Shown here: in pieces, positions 31,993 through 45,738 of the stretch
Layout: each line of letters opens with the position of its first letter
How positions within the stretch are numbered: the first letter of the stretch is position 1
Assembly (NCBI GenBank): GCA_012295275.1
Contig: CM022670.1
Coordinates: 10,726,001 to 10,790,000, forward strand
Length of the DNA stretch: 64,000 nt
DNA from: Chrysomallon squamiferum
Taxonomy: Eukaryota; Animalia; Mollusca
Reading direction: 5' to 3'
The notes under the pieces: generated by a model
The model's input: only the letters and a program-made list of their open reading frames with translations
What the model was told of the DNA's origin: nothing
Databases searched by the model: none
Program-made: the position numbers and the translations under genes

Positions 31993-32429
31993 TATAAATC
32001 TTGGACGACTATGTGGATCGTATTGTGGCCATAAACACTGAAAGTAATGGACTCGGAGCAGACAAACCTATTAGGATATTATCGTTAACTGACTTTCAAA
32101 ATTTAGCTCGTGTAAACAGCATCGCCCGCCCACAACATGAATGAAAAACACACACTTAATAGGCATAGTGCATTAAACATTGCACTGCATTGCGGAATGT
32201 CATTTTCATCGATCGTTTTTGTTCGTTAAAAAAAAAAAAAAAGAAGAGAAGGCGGCCCATTGATCGGTGCGCGGTTACATGAATGAATGTTCGCAGAGCA
32301 ACACGCGAGGTGTTATAAATAAATAAAATCTGTTTGCGTTTTCCTCCCTCGCCAGGTTACACACGCGCCTCCATTTTCTGTCGACTGTATTTATTTTATT
32401 TTATTTTATTATTTTAATTATATTTATTA

Positions 32430-32526
<97 letters not shown>

Positions 32527-33065
32527 CCTTTTTGGGATTTTCCCTTTTTGGAGGCTGTTGTTGTTTTCTTTCTTTCCGCATCGTCTTTGAACAAGACGAT
32601 CTGTAAAAAGAATTGTAGCCTCTCTATGCACCTATTCTTTCTTGTTATTTTTTTTTACAGTACACTTTATTATCAGTAAAGAGTGGTGACCTCCAACCAA
32701 TAGCACATAAGGATATATTTAAGCAAACTTACGAAGGATACAAAACAGACAGTTGATTATGTATGTGTTATGTATAAAAACAAGACACAAAGAGAAGAGC
32801 ATAAAATGCGAAGGCTTTGTTCATGTAATTTCAAATGTAGTTTGCAACATATTCTTCTTGTATAAAACATATTAGTTTCACGGTTCACATACCTCGACAG
32901 TCAGACATGTAAATAAAAAATGAAATTGCTTAGAATTCCAAATAAATTAATCTAAATTATTTATTACGCATTTGTCGAGTTCTGAAAGAAAGAGAACGAC
33001 ATACTTAACAGGTTAAATTTAACTACCATTAAAATGAAAATGTTGTTTCATTAATTGCTGTGAAC

Positions 33066-33108
<43 letters not shown>

Positions 33109-35115
33109 CAACAACAACTACGACAACAAAAACAAAAACATCAGCATCAGCATCAACAATTACAACAGCAGCAAGAAGAACAACAACAACAATGAAAAAC
33201 TGCGATGTCTTCAAAATGCAGTTATTTTTTACCCTATTAATACTGTTAACAGAACACTTTCAAAGTTAAATATTATTGCTATTTAATGATAGAAAACAGG
33301 TAACATGTAATTAGACCCCATGTCGACAGGAGTGCCATCTCTGATGTCTTTATTAAACAGCAGCAACAACCACAAAACTCCATATAATACACACGTAACA
33401 ATCATTACTGAATTAAAGTCAAGTAACCAACATTATACTAAAATCTACCAAACTGTACCAAGCCAAATCAAACTATGCTAAGCCAGACCAAAACCAAACA
33501 AATTAAAACAAAAATAAATTAAATTAGTTTTCCACTGATTTCTTAAAAATGAGGAGTGTTACGAAAATTAAGTTCCGACAGGTTATTTGGGCTTGGCGTG
33601 TAATTGTTAGAAACTTAAAGATAATACCAACCTAGCTTTGACAAAGTATATTAAATTTATTTCTGGAATATTAGAGTTATTTATATCACTTAATTTGTAT
33701 TTTTCTTCCCCTTCTCTCATATGTATACATATATGTATGAATGTTTGTATGTGCATGTATGTATATATTTATATATTTTAAACATATACACACATACATA
33801 CTCACGTTCATAATTATATATGAGTATCAGTGGTGTGCATTGATTCATATTATTTAGTTAGTTAAATTTTCATATTCAGGTTGTATCAGGAATACATTAA
33901 AAACAAAACGTGTGCGGTCTTTTGTCAACTACATTATTTTTGACATTCCAGCATATTCATTCAAGCGTGCAGCTGTAATTAAAACACGTCGCACCCTTTG
34001 GACGTGCAAGATAACATGAAAACAAACCCGATCATCTGTCCTTTGTGTCGTGTTCATCTAATTATCAAAGATGAAGAAAAAAAACGTCGCTAAAACTATC
34101 CGAATTAAATTTGAACAAACATCCGCAGTTTCGAATATCTTTTGATGTGTCACGTGACAACTGTTTTATTGGTCGTGATATGAAGATGGTGTCGTCACAT
34201 GACACCTCCCATGCCCGACTCGCGTGTACACAGAGGAATGTATTCTTTGACCCCTACCCCCAGCAGAGAACGACCAAGAGTACATCCACCCACGCATTAG
34301 AATTAGCGAAACCTTTTTGCGAAGTAGAGAAAAATAGTTTGAATTGTACAAGGTCACAAACAACATTCCTGCATAATTATCGTTGGAGTCCCAGAAGGCG
34401 GGGGAAAATAGGAATTAGTAAGAAAAGCTTTCACGTTTCATCAAGTGCTGAAAAAGGATTATAGTGGTTAATTGTATAAAATCCGCTTATTTCTATAATC
34501 AGTTAGACTGATTATGTTATGTAAACACATATACAAAATTACACAGGTATCTCTATCTATGTATGTATGTATGAACGTTTATATATAAGTGTAATGCAGT
34601 TAAATGCTTACGTGTTCATGAATAAAGAGAGAGAGAGAGAATAATTATATATTTCACAGAAAGCTCTTAACTACATTAACCGAAATATCATTCCCGTTTC
34701 AGTTATTATAAATATAGATTTTTAGTTTTCGTCTCAAGCTTTTTCACTTTATTATTGGACGTGGGCGTGGATAGTCCGACTCATTCAGTTTACAGCTGTT
34801 TACTCGAATCACTTGTAGTAAAAGCCTTGAAAAAAATCGCGTGAGGTCACGAACTGGAGCGCGCGCGCGCGACACAACATATTGAAATAATAATAACGTA
34901 AAGCGGGAACATGGAGCGTTGAGTTGATTCGGGAAGAAATGATAATTTAGGAAGTGTTTTGTGTGATACGAAATTATTAAAACTGATTGTTGTGTAATTA
35001 TTTATTTCGCTTGCATGTCATTTGATACAGCAAATATGACACGAACAGACTGAGGTATGCAGACGACGAGGTCACTGTAAGCTCACCTCTCTTTCTTTGT
35101 GATGTCGTAGTACAT

Positions 35116-35184
<69 letters not shown>

Positions 35185-35413
35185 CATATAATGCAGTTTA
35201 CAGAATTATAAGAAAAATAAGAAAATAATTATTTAATAATAATAATTATAGTAATAATGTGACTATTATTACTAACGATATATTTGCCGGGGACAAATTC
35301 AGAATTTCAAAAATGGGGGCGCTAAAATTATGGTGGGTACTATTCTTAAGATAAAATACATTTTAAATTTATTTATATGGATTCGTGTACCACTTCTGTT
35401 ATCACCACCACCG

Positions 35414-35444
<31 letters not shown>

Positions 35445-36931
35445 CGTCATAACCAGTACTTCGGTTACTATCACTGCTGCTTCCACCACGACCACTTTGA
35501 AATCAGGTGATACAGATTTGATATCTGGCCATAAAACAGGAGAAAAAACACCTTTGACCCACAGTAGATTTCACAGCGTGAAATAGAGGGGAAACCCCAC
35601 CCCGAAAAAAAAAAAAAAAAAAAAAAAATCTTTGACAAAATTCGGTCACAGATGGTCCGCGTGATCAGCAGAAAAGCAGACGCAGAAAACATTTAGTAAA
35701 GGAAATATTGCTTCCGGTTCAGAAATGTTAAAAAGATGGAATGTCGGAACGAAGTCAGTATTATGTATTTTGTTAAAATACACCATTAAATATATTTAAA
35801 GAGGTGTGCATGCGCATGAGTACATTGTCATACTATTTTAAAGGACATACAGTTTTTATTTGTTTAAATATGTTAAATAATAAAAACAATGACACAACCG
35901 CCTACCTATATTGCGCAATAACCTACCACCCGGTAAGAGGAACGTATTTTCTTATCTTTTCATGATTACTCACTCGAAACGAAATCTGAATGGAATGACG
36001 TAGACAGATTTATGAATGAAATGCGATTCTTCCTGAGTTTCAACACAACTTAAACCTCTTTATATTTGAATAATCATAGCTTCACTGCATGTTTTTAAAA
36101 CGAAAAATGAGTGGGCGTGAAGATTTGGGAAATTTAATATTAACCCATATTGACCGATTTTTGAAAATACTATGAACGTAATGTTGTGTTAAAATTGGTT
36201 GTTGAACAAGTAACAGAAATTTTAAAAAAGAAGAAAAAAGAAATAAACATTATTATTACCTATAAAGTTCAAGAAGGTAATATGTTTTAGTTATAAATCT
36301 ACTTATTCATATATATATATATATATATATAGATAGATAGATAGATATAGATATAGATACCAGAGTGTGGTGTTAATTTGGAGTTAGCAAATATTTCAGC
36401 ATTCTTTAGCAGTTTAATAAGTTAGACCGCAAATCTAGTTATCTTTCCCTTGTCTATTCCTAAGAAAAGAAAAGAAAAGGAAAAATGCGGACCGGACAAA
36501 TTAGAATGAGAAACGTAAATTTAATCTCAAAGAATTCACTTTTCGTGAATGAAATTCCAAAGCGTCTGTTCTATGTCATAATTACGTCACTTCACGTGCT
36601 GTCATCCAACGTCAGCGTTTTCTGTGCTTATTACACAGTCTCCCCCCACCACCACGCCCAAAGCTATGTTAACTTATTTACGACTGAAACCCGGGTTCAT
36701 TCGGTACGATGTCATTTCTATTTAGAGCTAGTCAGCTGATTATATCATACGTTAAGATGTTAGTAAAAGAAAACTACGGACTGGGAATAACCGTTTATCA
36801 AGCCTGGGCGCCACCATTAATAAAACCCACCGAAGTGTTATCACTGACGTTGTTTTTATTTTGGTAACCACAACACGATATTACAGATGTTGTATTGTTA
36901 CAAATGATTTAAAGATACTGTCGTAAGCGTA

Positions 36932-36962
<31 letters not shown>

Positions 36963-37416
36963 GACGCAATATCTTTCTTTTAATAACACGACTAACAAAA
37001 AAAAAAAAAAAAGAAGAAAAAACGTGATTTTTCACACACAGTCAAAATCCTGATTAAGAGAAAGAGAGAAAAAAATTCTGCTATGTCATTCTTGAACCGG
37101 GAAATGAATTCCCGGATTAGGAAAGTTGTAACACAAACTATAGCGTGAAATAAAATATTATTATCAAAAGTTAAATTTAATTTCAGTGGTTTTATGTATG
37201 TATCTGTGTATATGAATGTCTGTATGTATATATGGATGGATGGATGTATCTATGTGAGTCAGTTCCTCTAACTGAAAGTTCACACGTTCCGCTCTCAGAT
37301 GTCTTTCAGTTTTACGTACCTGATCACAATAAACACTATGAAAAAAAGAAACATTGCACAATCCTAACAAAAAAAAAGAAGAGAAAAACAATAGTAGTAG
37401 TAGTAGTAGCAGTAAC

Positions 37417-37462
<46 letters not shown>

Positions 37463-38573
37463 TCAACCATAAATAAATAAATAAAATAAAATAATAAAAA
37501 ATCAAACATAAAAGACGTCAGATGGAGAAAAAAAACCAAGCCAAAAAAAAAAAAAAAAAAAAAACCCCCAACAAAGTGTGACATGAACTTACAATAATCA
37601 GATAAAGGTTTATTTACAATGTTATCGAGTTTTTTATCTACTGTAAGCGTACCTTGCAGATAGTCATCCTTGGCGAAGATGACGTCAATACCCGAATTAA
37701 CTGTGACCCCGTTGTCATAAATAAAACAACAACAACAAACAAAAAAACACCATAAAAAACAGCCTATGCAATAAATCGGGAATATAACAAACAGCACGGG
37801 GCAGATATGTATGGGGTGGGAAATATCAAAATTAAAAAGAAAAATTAGGAAAAAAACCAGATACGATGTTTTTCAACAGAAGTCTAAATGCTAATATTAA
37901 TCCACAAATAAAACCGAAATTAGTCAAGAATGAACGAACGAATAAATGAATAAATAAATGAACATTTGAAGAATTCATTTACAGAAATAATTAATAATAA
38001 TTTTCTAAGGTTATCAGAACTGGAACATGTGGGGTTTTTGTGTTGTTTATGTAAGTTTCGAATGACGCTACACATAGTAAAACAATATTACAGTACTGGT
38101 TATAAAATACATAAAATAGTCTAGAAAAACTTATCAGACACGATGATAAGAACATTTTAAAACTAATAATTATTATAAGATATAAAGTTTTATTTTGGTG
38201 TCTAATATGTCTTCCTTGGCTAGATGACAGTATATATATGTATATACTTCAACAAACAGAACGCTGCATATAATATGTATTATGACATCCACTGTAAAAT
38301 AATCATGCTGATAGTTTATACAGTAGTATATGTTTTCGTAGTAAACCAGAATCCAGTGTTTAATTAACCTAGCTCTTGGAGCGGGAACTTTTGTGGCAAA
38401 CATTTAAGTGGATATTCTCTAGCTATGTGTCGTGACTGTGTTTCAAAACACGAGCACCTGGTAAATGTCACTGCCGAACACAACCTGCACATGGGCGGGT
38501 CAGGAATGATCCAGAAGGGTGGGAGAACACTTCCAAGATTAACTGAGAGCTGTTCTAAAGAGACTGGATGGTG

Positions 38574-38610
<37 letters not shown>

Positions 38611-38623
38611 AATAAATAAATAA

Positions 38624-38669
<46 letters not shown>

Positions 38670-39542
38670 TTTTTTTAAATTTTAAAAGGTGTCGCGACGG
38701 GTGCGCTCACGTCTCTTACGTCCCAGCTGGGTCCGCCCGGTGCAGCGACATTTCGTGCCAGCCCGAGTCTGGAGAACAGCAACAATACGCGACGACGGCG
38801 GCTGACAGAAACCTGAGCTGAAAGCTGGTGTGACGGAAGTGTCTGTAAACTGCAACATCGCTTAGCATACACCTACAAAACAAACACAGCTTGCCTTCAG
38901 TGGAACAGCACAGAAGTATCTACCCAGCTTTTTTTCTCACTGCTGGTTTATTTAACTTTATTTTAATCTTTTTTTTTAATTATTATTCACTAATCCATTT
39001 TAACTCAGTCTCTTTACATATATAAATATGCATACGCAGTCTCATTCACATACGCATACAAACTAACACACAAAATTAATATTTTCCTGCCTATAGGTAG
39101 GTATGTATCAAAAACTAGTCTTTTGCTTTTATTATCCAAACATGGCGGCACTGAGTTTATTTGTTTTGTTTATTTATTTATTTACTTGGTTAATTACTTT
39201 TTTTTTTGTGGCTATTTAAATACATTGAATAATTCAGATGTTAAGTAAGAAAATTTAAAATTTAATTTTAGTTATTGTAACAATTTAGGTGTATCCCCAT
39301 TCTGTTTTAACCGCTTCTGAAAATAAATATTTCTATGTTCCTGTTATGAATACATTCAACTGACTGTTTTGTTACTGAAAACTGATATTTTCTGTGTAAG
39401 GCGTGACGTCACGGTTGAAATGACAGCCTCTGTGGAATATCATTTCATCTTTATTAGTATCATCTAGGCTGAAAATGATTTGTCATTTTAAAATAAGCAC
39501 ATACAAAAAACATTTAAAATAACATAACCAATTTGCACTTTA

Positions 39543-39633
<91 letters not shown>

Positions 39634-39991
39634 TAATAAACAAATAAATTTCGATCTCGTCCAGATCAGATTCATCTCTTACTAACTAACTTTGCACCCT
39701 AAACACTCCCATATATTATTTCTTTTTAAACACTGTTCTCAAACACGTAGGACGCTTCTGTCAACAAATTGAAGATTCCGGTTTATTATCCACTCAAAAT
39801 TTGCATTAACATGTAATCGTCACACCTCACAACCAGAAGATCACGCCACTTCACGTAAAAAAAAAAAAAAAAAAAAAAAAAAAACATTAAACATATCCAT
39901 AGTTCTTCAATTTAAAATGGCGCCTCATCTTTCACGAACATTTGCCTAAAACACCTGCCAACTGAACTTTCTTCGGTTATCGCTTAATATC

Positions 39992-40034
<43 letters not shown>

Positions 40035-40521
40035 TGAGTTTAGTCACTTCGCGCGCCCGATGGTGCATATTTCGAACCTAGTGATTTGCTGACAAGTCAA
40101 ATAATGATATTACGTCATAAGGTTTGATGACGACAATCCACGGAAGCGGGCTATGATGCAGTATTGTCAAGCGATTAAGTCTAACTGGCTAGTACTGTTT
40201 GTTCCGCCAAGCCCTCGACTGCTGAAAGATGATGAAAAAAATAAAAAAAATAAAAAAGAAAAGAAAAGTTTCGATGAAGACGAAACATGATGTATCCGGA
40301 TGGTGCAGCCTTCCACCGTCACAACAAAATTATTTATGTACGTCAACCTAAATACGCCCATCCAAACAAATGTTAATAACCTGAAAATCAAGTGATCGTG
40401 CATCTGAAAACAGTTAAACACAAAATGTAATGAGAAACACAAACGCACGCACGCACGCACACACCCCCACCCACACATATATGTATATATACGTATACAT
40501 ACATAAATATGTATGTGTATG

Positions 40522-40626
<105 letters not shown>

Positions 40627-41244
40627 AAATAAGCTTATCTATGTAAATATTTTTGCAATATTATTAAACAGCTTTGGTGGTGGTGTTAGTGCTGTGTATG
40701 TTTGTGTGTATATAGACAGACAGCTACATAGATAGATAGTCAGATATAAGTGCACTAGAACAGAATTCAAGTTTACGTGCACCAGAAGTAATGAGAAAGT
40801 AAAAAATCAGCACTATTTTAGAATACTTTTAACATTTTTTTTTCTTTTCTTTTTTTTTTTTTTTTTTTTTTTACTCCATGCTGAATTTATTACCGCTTGA
40901 AACAAAAATTAAAAATAAAACAAAATAAAGTAATTTTAAACGGTTCATTTTACTTAATTTCAAATGAGTGTGAAAGTTCGGAATACATTGACACCATTAC
41001 AGTAAACACTTGTTAAAATTGCGTGTTTAAATTAGGCCTACGTTTTCTATTACGCAAATACATGCGCCAGGACTTCGTCAGTCACAGTAGAAAAATGCAT
41101 AAAATTACCCTTAAGTATGATGGAGTTCCGGGTTCGTAAATCCAGCGTTTTGATTGGCTGAGACAGCGAGAACTTGTACTTCACAGCTGGTATCCGCTTC
41201 AGTTACTGAGCTGGTTACTCTTTAAAATTAATAATAAACTGTCA

Positions 41245-41279
<35 letters not shown>

Positions 41280-41353
41280 TAATTACGACTACCAGCTATT
41301 TGTTTCTGTACAAATGACTAACGCTTTCTTCTCTATTTATTTATCTATCTATT

Positions 41354-41394
<41 letters not shown>

Positions 41395-42034
41395 ATTTCA
41401 TCATATATACGTGTTTTCTCTTTTTTTTCTTTTTTTTTTTTTTCTTCTTTTTTAACAATACAGCGAAATCTGGCTAGACAGATCACAGGTTATTCACACA
41501 TTTTGTATCGTCACAAGTCGTTTCATTTCGTGTTTGTCAAACGTGACTTGGTTATTGTTAGTTCTAGACCCACTTCAACGCGATCATTTTTCTGTTATAC
41601 GTCAGAGACGTTTTATCTAGAGATAACGCTATGGCCGCCAATGATTTGAAAACTGTTACATACGGGGAAGGAGGGTAGCTTTTACTACTAGATATGATCC
41701 CTCTTGGGCACACCAATATACAAATATTACACTTCCCTTCAGTATATAATAAGCCACTGATATTTAACACTATTTTTACCCTTAAATTTTACTGATGCAA
41801 TCACATATTTTCGAGGCTAGTCACAGCTGAACACGATTTACCAGTATATTTATTATTTAAAACGGCTTCAAAGATGACGCGATATATTCTGGTATGTATA
41901 TTTTCGGCAGTGGAATTTAATCTTGTGTCTGGACAGTCTATTTTTGCATGTAGATGATAATGTAACCATCCATATCACATAAAGACATGCAGATTCACGT
42001 TGGTTTTAACATTATACAAGTACGTCCCTTTTTC

Positions 42035-42069
<35 letters not shown>

Positions 42070-42333
42070 TTAAATAAAACTAAAATTAAAACGTGGATGA
42101 AATATTTGAAGATAATGGTTTTTTTTTAGTTATTCCAAAATTATATATATATAATAAAAAATGAATTTAAAATAATAATAATTATATAATAAATATCAAA
42201 AAAAAGTAAAAAAGAAGAAGAAAACAAAAATCATCAGCAGACACACACTACAGTATAGTTTAACCTAGACTGATGTAGTTAGTCTTTGTGAAGGAAAAAC
42301 AACCCAAAACTCAACAACAACAATACTGCAACA

Positions 42334-42339
42334 TTTATT
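42334..42339 (-). terminator. Candidate polyadenylation signal of the UCH gene
   Basis: AATAAA on the - strand followed by a GU-rich tract (TTGTTGTTGAGTTTTGGGTTGTTTTT); more proximal AATAAA hexamers also exist. Confidence 0.45.
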
Positions 42340-44358
42340 CATTTGCCAAAATAGCAATGCTTTAGCACATTAAATGTATACATAAAGGAAATTGTCCTTC
42401 CATAAATCTGAAAATTATTTTAAAAATTGAGAAATCAGAATAAATATGTTTATTAAAGTAATAAAAGAACACATTTGAACAAAAAAAAAAAAAAAAAAAA
42501 AGCTGAGGAAATTATTAATTTTAATAATAATAATAATAAAAGGAAGAGGAAATAAAAAAGATAATGATGACATACGTGTCTTTTCCTGATACTGATAAAC
42601 AAAGTAACAGATGATATCTGAATCATAATACAACATTAATATTAGTTTTATTACTACAACAGCATTTCACATGACTCACTCAAGCTATACATATCAAATA
42701 TAGTAATTTACACAAGCATACTGCATCCAGGACTTGAATAAAACTTTGGATATATGGACCAATACATCTCTGCCACAAGTATATAATACAATCAGGCTGC
42801 ATTTGGACATAAATTACAAATAAGAATATGTAGTTTGAAACATAACTCAGTTACTACAAAGGCTTATTATATGTAATATTTAACATTATTGGACTACTGA
42901 AGATTTCAATAGTATTAAAGCTTTGAGTGTTTTAGAGATTAAATTCATGTTTGTTTAGCCTTCCTTAAGCCTGTAAGCAAAGTTGGCCGATTTTTTTGGC
43001 CAAAAAGACACCACTAAATAACTGCATAATTTGTGGTCTTCCTGAATGGTGCAGTGGCAAAATTAAAAGAACGTAATTTTAGAATTTTGCCATGTCTAAA
43101 TTCAGCTCTGATGCTAAAATAGCAAAACATTTCAGCAAATAAATGTTTTAAAAAATAAACCAATTTATTTTGACTTTTTAACATCCTAACAAAGCTGAAA
43201 CATTTTGTTTGTTTGTTCTCAGTGCAGACAAATAAGTGACAGATTGCTGAGTAATTGTTTAATGGAATTTTGGTATATATTAAAAGCTGCATTTGACCAA
43301 TGCCAAAGATTTGTTCCTCTGAAATATTTTCTCAAACTGATTCTGTCATATAAATTAACTTGCGTAGACGATGTGAATATTTTTCTCATGTAAATTTTGC
43401 ATAAGAACAGCAGAGGTATCTCACTTATCGCGTTCATTTTGTTTTGATGATAATTTTGTCAAAATGTCCATTTGTTTGTTTTAAGAATTTAAAAGAAGTG
43501 GACTTTGTGAAAACAAATATTAGCACTTATTAATTTTCAGTGGATTTCATGCAACAGAATTCAGAAATATTTTTAAAAATTATTAATGGAAATTTGAACT
43601 ATACCAACAATAGAAATATAACAGCAAATATACAACAAATTACAACTTCTGCTTCTTCAAAACACTGAAAAGAAATGTTAGTCACTGAAATTTTATGATC
43701 ATTATTATTTTCTTTTATCTTTTTTATTATTATTTTTCATAAATATTTCCAATAATAAAATAATTATTAGAAGTAAAATAGAAACAAAATCATATCTAGA
43801 TAAATATGAAACAAGTAAATTTTTCTGTTTATTTTGTTTGTTTTCTCATATTAAATCATTCAAATGTCTCATATATATATGCACTTAAAAAACCATATAA
43901 AAAGAAGACTTTGTACATCATTTGAACTTCATACTTCATAAAGAGCCAGAGCGCTGTATTGTGTAAGAATGAAACAAAAACAAAGTACAATTAGATTGTG
44001 AACAATATTGTTATGTCATACCAGTAAATCACCAAAATTACTGTTGTATAAATTGCACTGTCAAAACTTTCTTAATGCAGAATGTGTAAATAGAAACTGA
44101 CAAAAACAATATCTACTTGATTATGAATGACAATAATAATGCCGAAAACAGACTGTCGAAGTGGTTTGCTTAATAAAAGCACCAGGCACAATAATATGTA
44201 CTGTGTAGAACAATAAAGTCATCAAGCTGATCTGATTGGTCAATCAACAGTCACTAAGCAACATCGATTGGTCAATCACTAGCCATGATGTGACTAGATT
44301 ATTGTTTAAGCCATGTGGTGTTTGGAATGATAAATCAGGCTTGACTAGAGACTTGATC

Positions 44359-44448
44359 TCAAGCTGTGGTTTTCACCAGCGCCATCACGTTGAAGTTGAC
44401 CTCATCTGGATCTCGATTCATGAACTGCTTCACAACTTTAGCAGAATC
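44359..44448 (-). CDS. UCHL3: UCH exon 9 ([29 protein letters not shown])
   Basis: GTTTCAG acceptor; typical UCH C-terminus; TGA stop. Confidence 0.92.
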   Translation of the reverse strand, partial: DSAKVVKQFMNRDPDEVNFNVMALVKTTA

Positions 44449-44550
44449 CTGAAACACAAAAAAAAAAGTAAAAAAAAGTAAATACTCACTTTGATATCTT
44501 AGTGAATTTTATTTAAACAAACAAACAAACAAACAAACAAACAAACAAAC

Positions 44551-44644
<94 letters not shown>

Positions 44645-45705
44645 AATAATAATAATAAAATAAAAAAAATAATAATAAAATAAAAATAATAAAAATAAAG
44701 ATAATGATAATGGTGATGAAGATAATAACCCAACAATTACTACTACTAACGATGATGATGATGATGAATACAATCTAACAAAAATAAATTTTAAATTCAG
44801 CAAAAATGTCTACTAATACAATTATGGTAATAATTTTTTGCTGAGACAGAATTTTTTGTTTCAGTCAGAAATGAATACAAGGCAAATATAAAATATTATT
44901 TTAACACTCTTGTGGCTCATTAAGACTTCTAAAGACCATGCTTTATGATGACAGAGGAAAACTTGAGATACAATCCGTTTCGTAGTACTTAGCTTTTGTA
45001 TTAAGTCCAGCTTGTCAAAAAAAAAGAGAAAGAAAGCAGTTTTTTTTAATTATTATTATTATTTTAGTTTATTTGGAATTAAACTAAAAACATTACAGAA
45101 GTAGTTTGCAAAATACTTCATACCCATTTGAAACAAAATAAACAAATAAATAAAAATAATAATAATCATACTATCTTAAAATAAATTTCAAAGTCACACA
45201 AAACTTTTAGGAGGTAAAAAAAAAAAAAAAAAAAAAAAAATGCGGCCAGAAACATGAACCAGTAACATACAACCCTAACATTAAGCCATGTGCTTATGTA
45301 AATGTGATGGTCTGCACACAGTTACCAACTGGTGGTGTTCGGAGGTCAACTGGTTTGTGAGTGAACAAAGACCCACAATCCAATGACATCAGCTCTAAGT
45401 ATAGACCAGCCAACTGCAAGCAATCCAGACAGCTTTTAGTCAGTCTAGTGGGGCACGACCACCTTGGAAAGAAAAGGTAACAGGAGAAGGGCCAGTATTT
45501 CAGATATTCAGATACTGGATCATCCAGAGATAAAAAAAGAAACACACCACAGAAGCATACAAGGAGGAGTTTTAAAATAAAATTAAAGAATGTGGTTTAA
45601 AAAAAAAAAATATCAGGTCTTCATGCTGAAGGATCTGAACATGATGAAACATGTTTATCCTCTAGAAAATTCTTGTGTTATTTTCTACAATTATTTTATT
45701 ATTAA

Positions 45706-45738
<33 letters not shown>

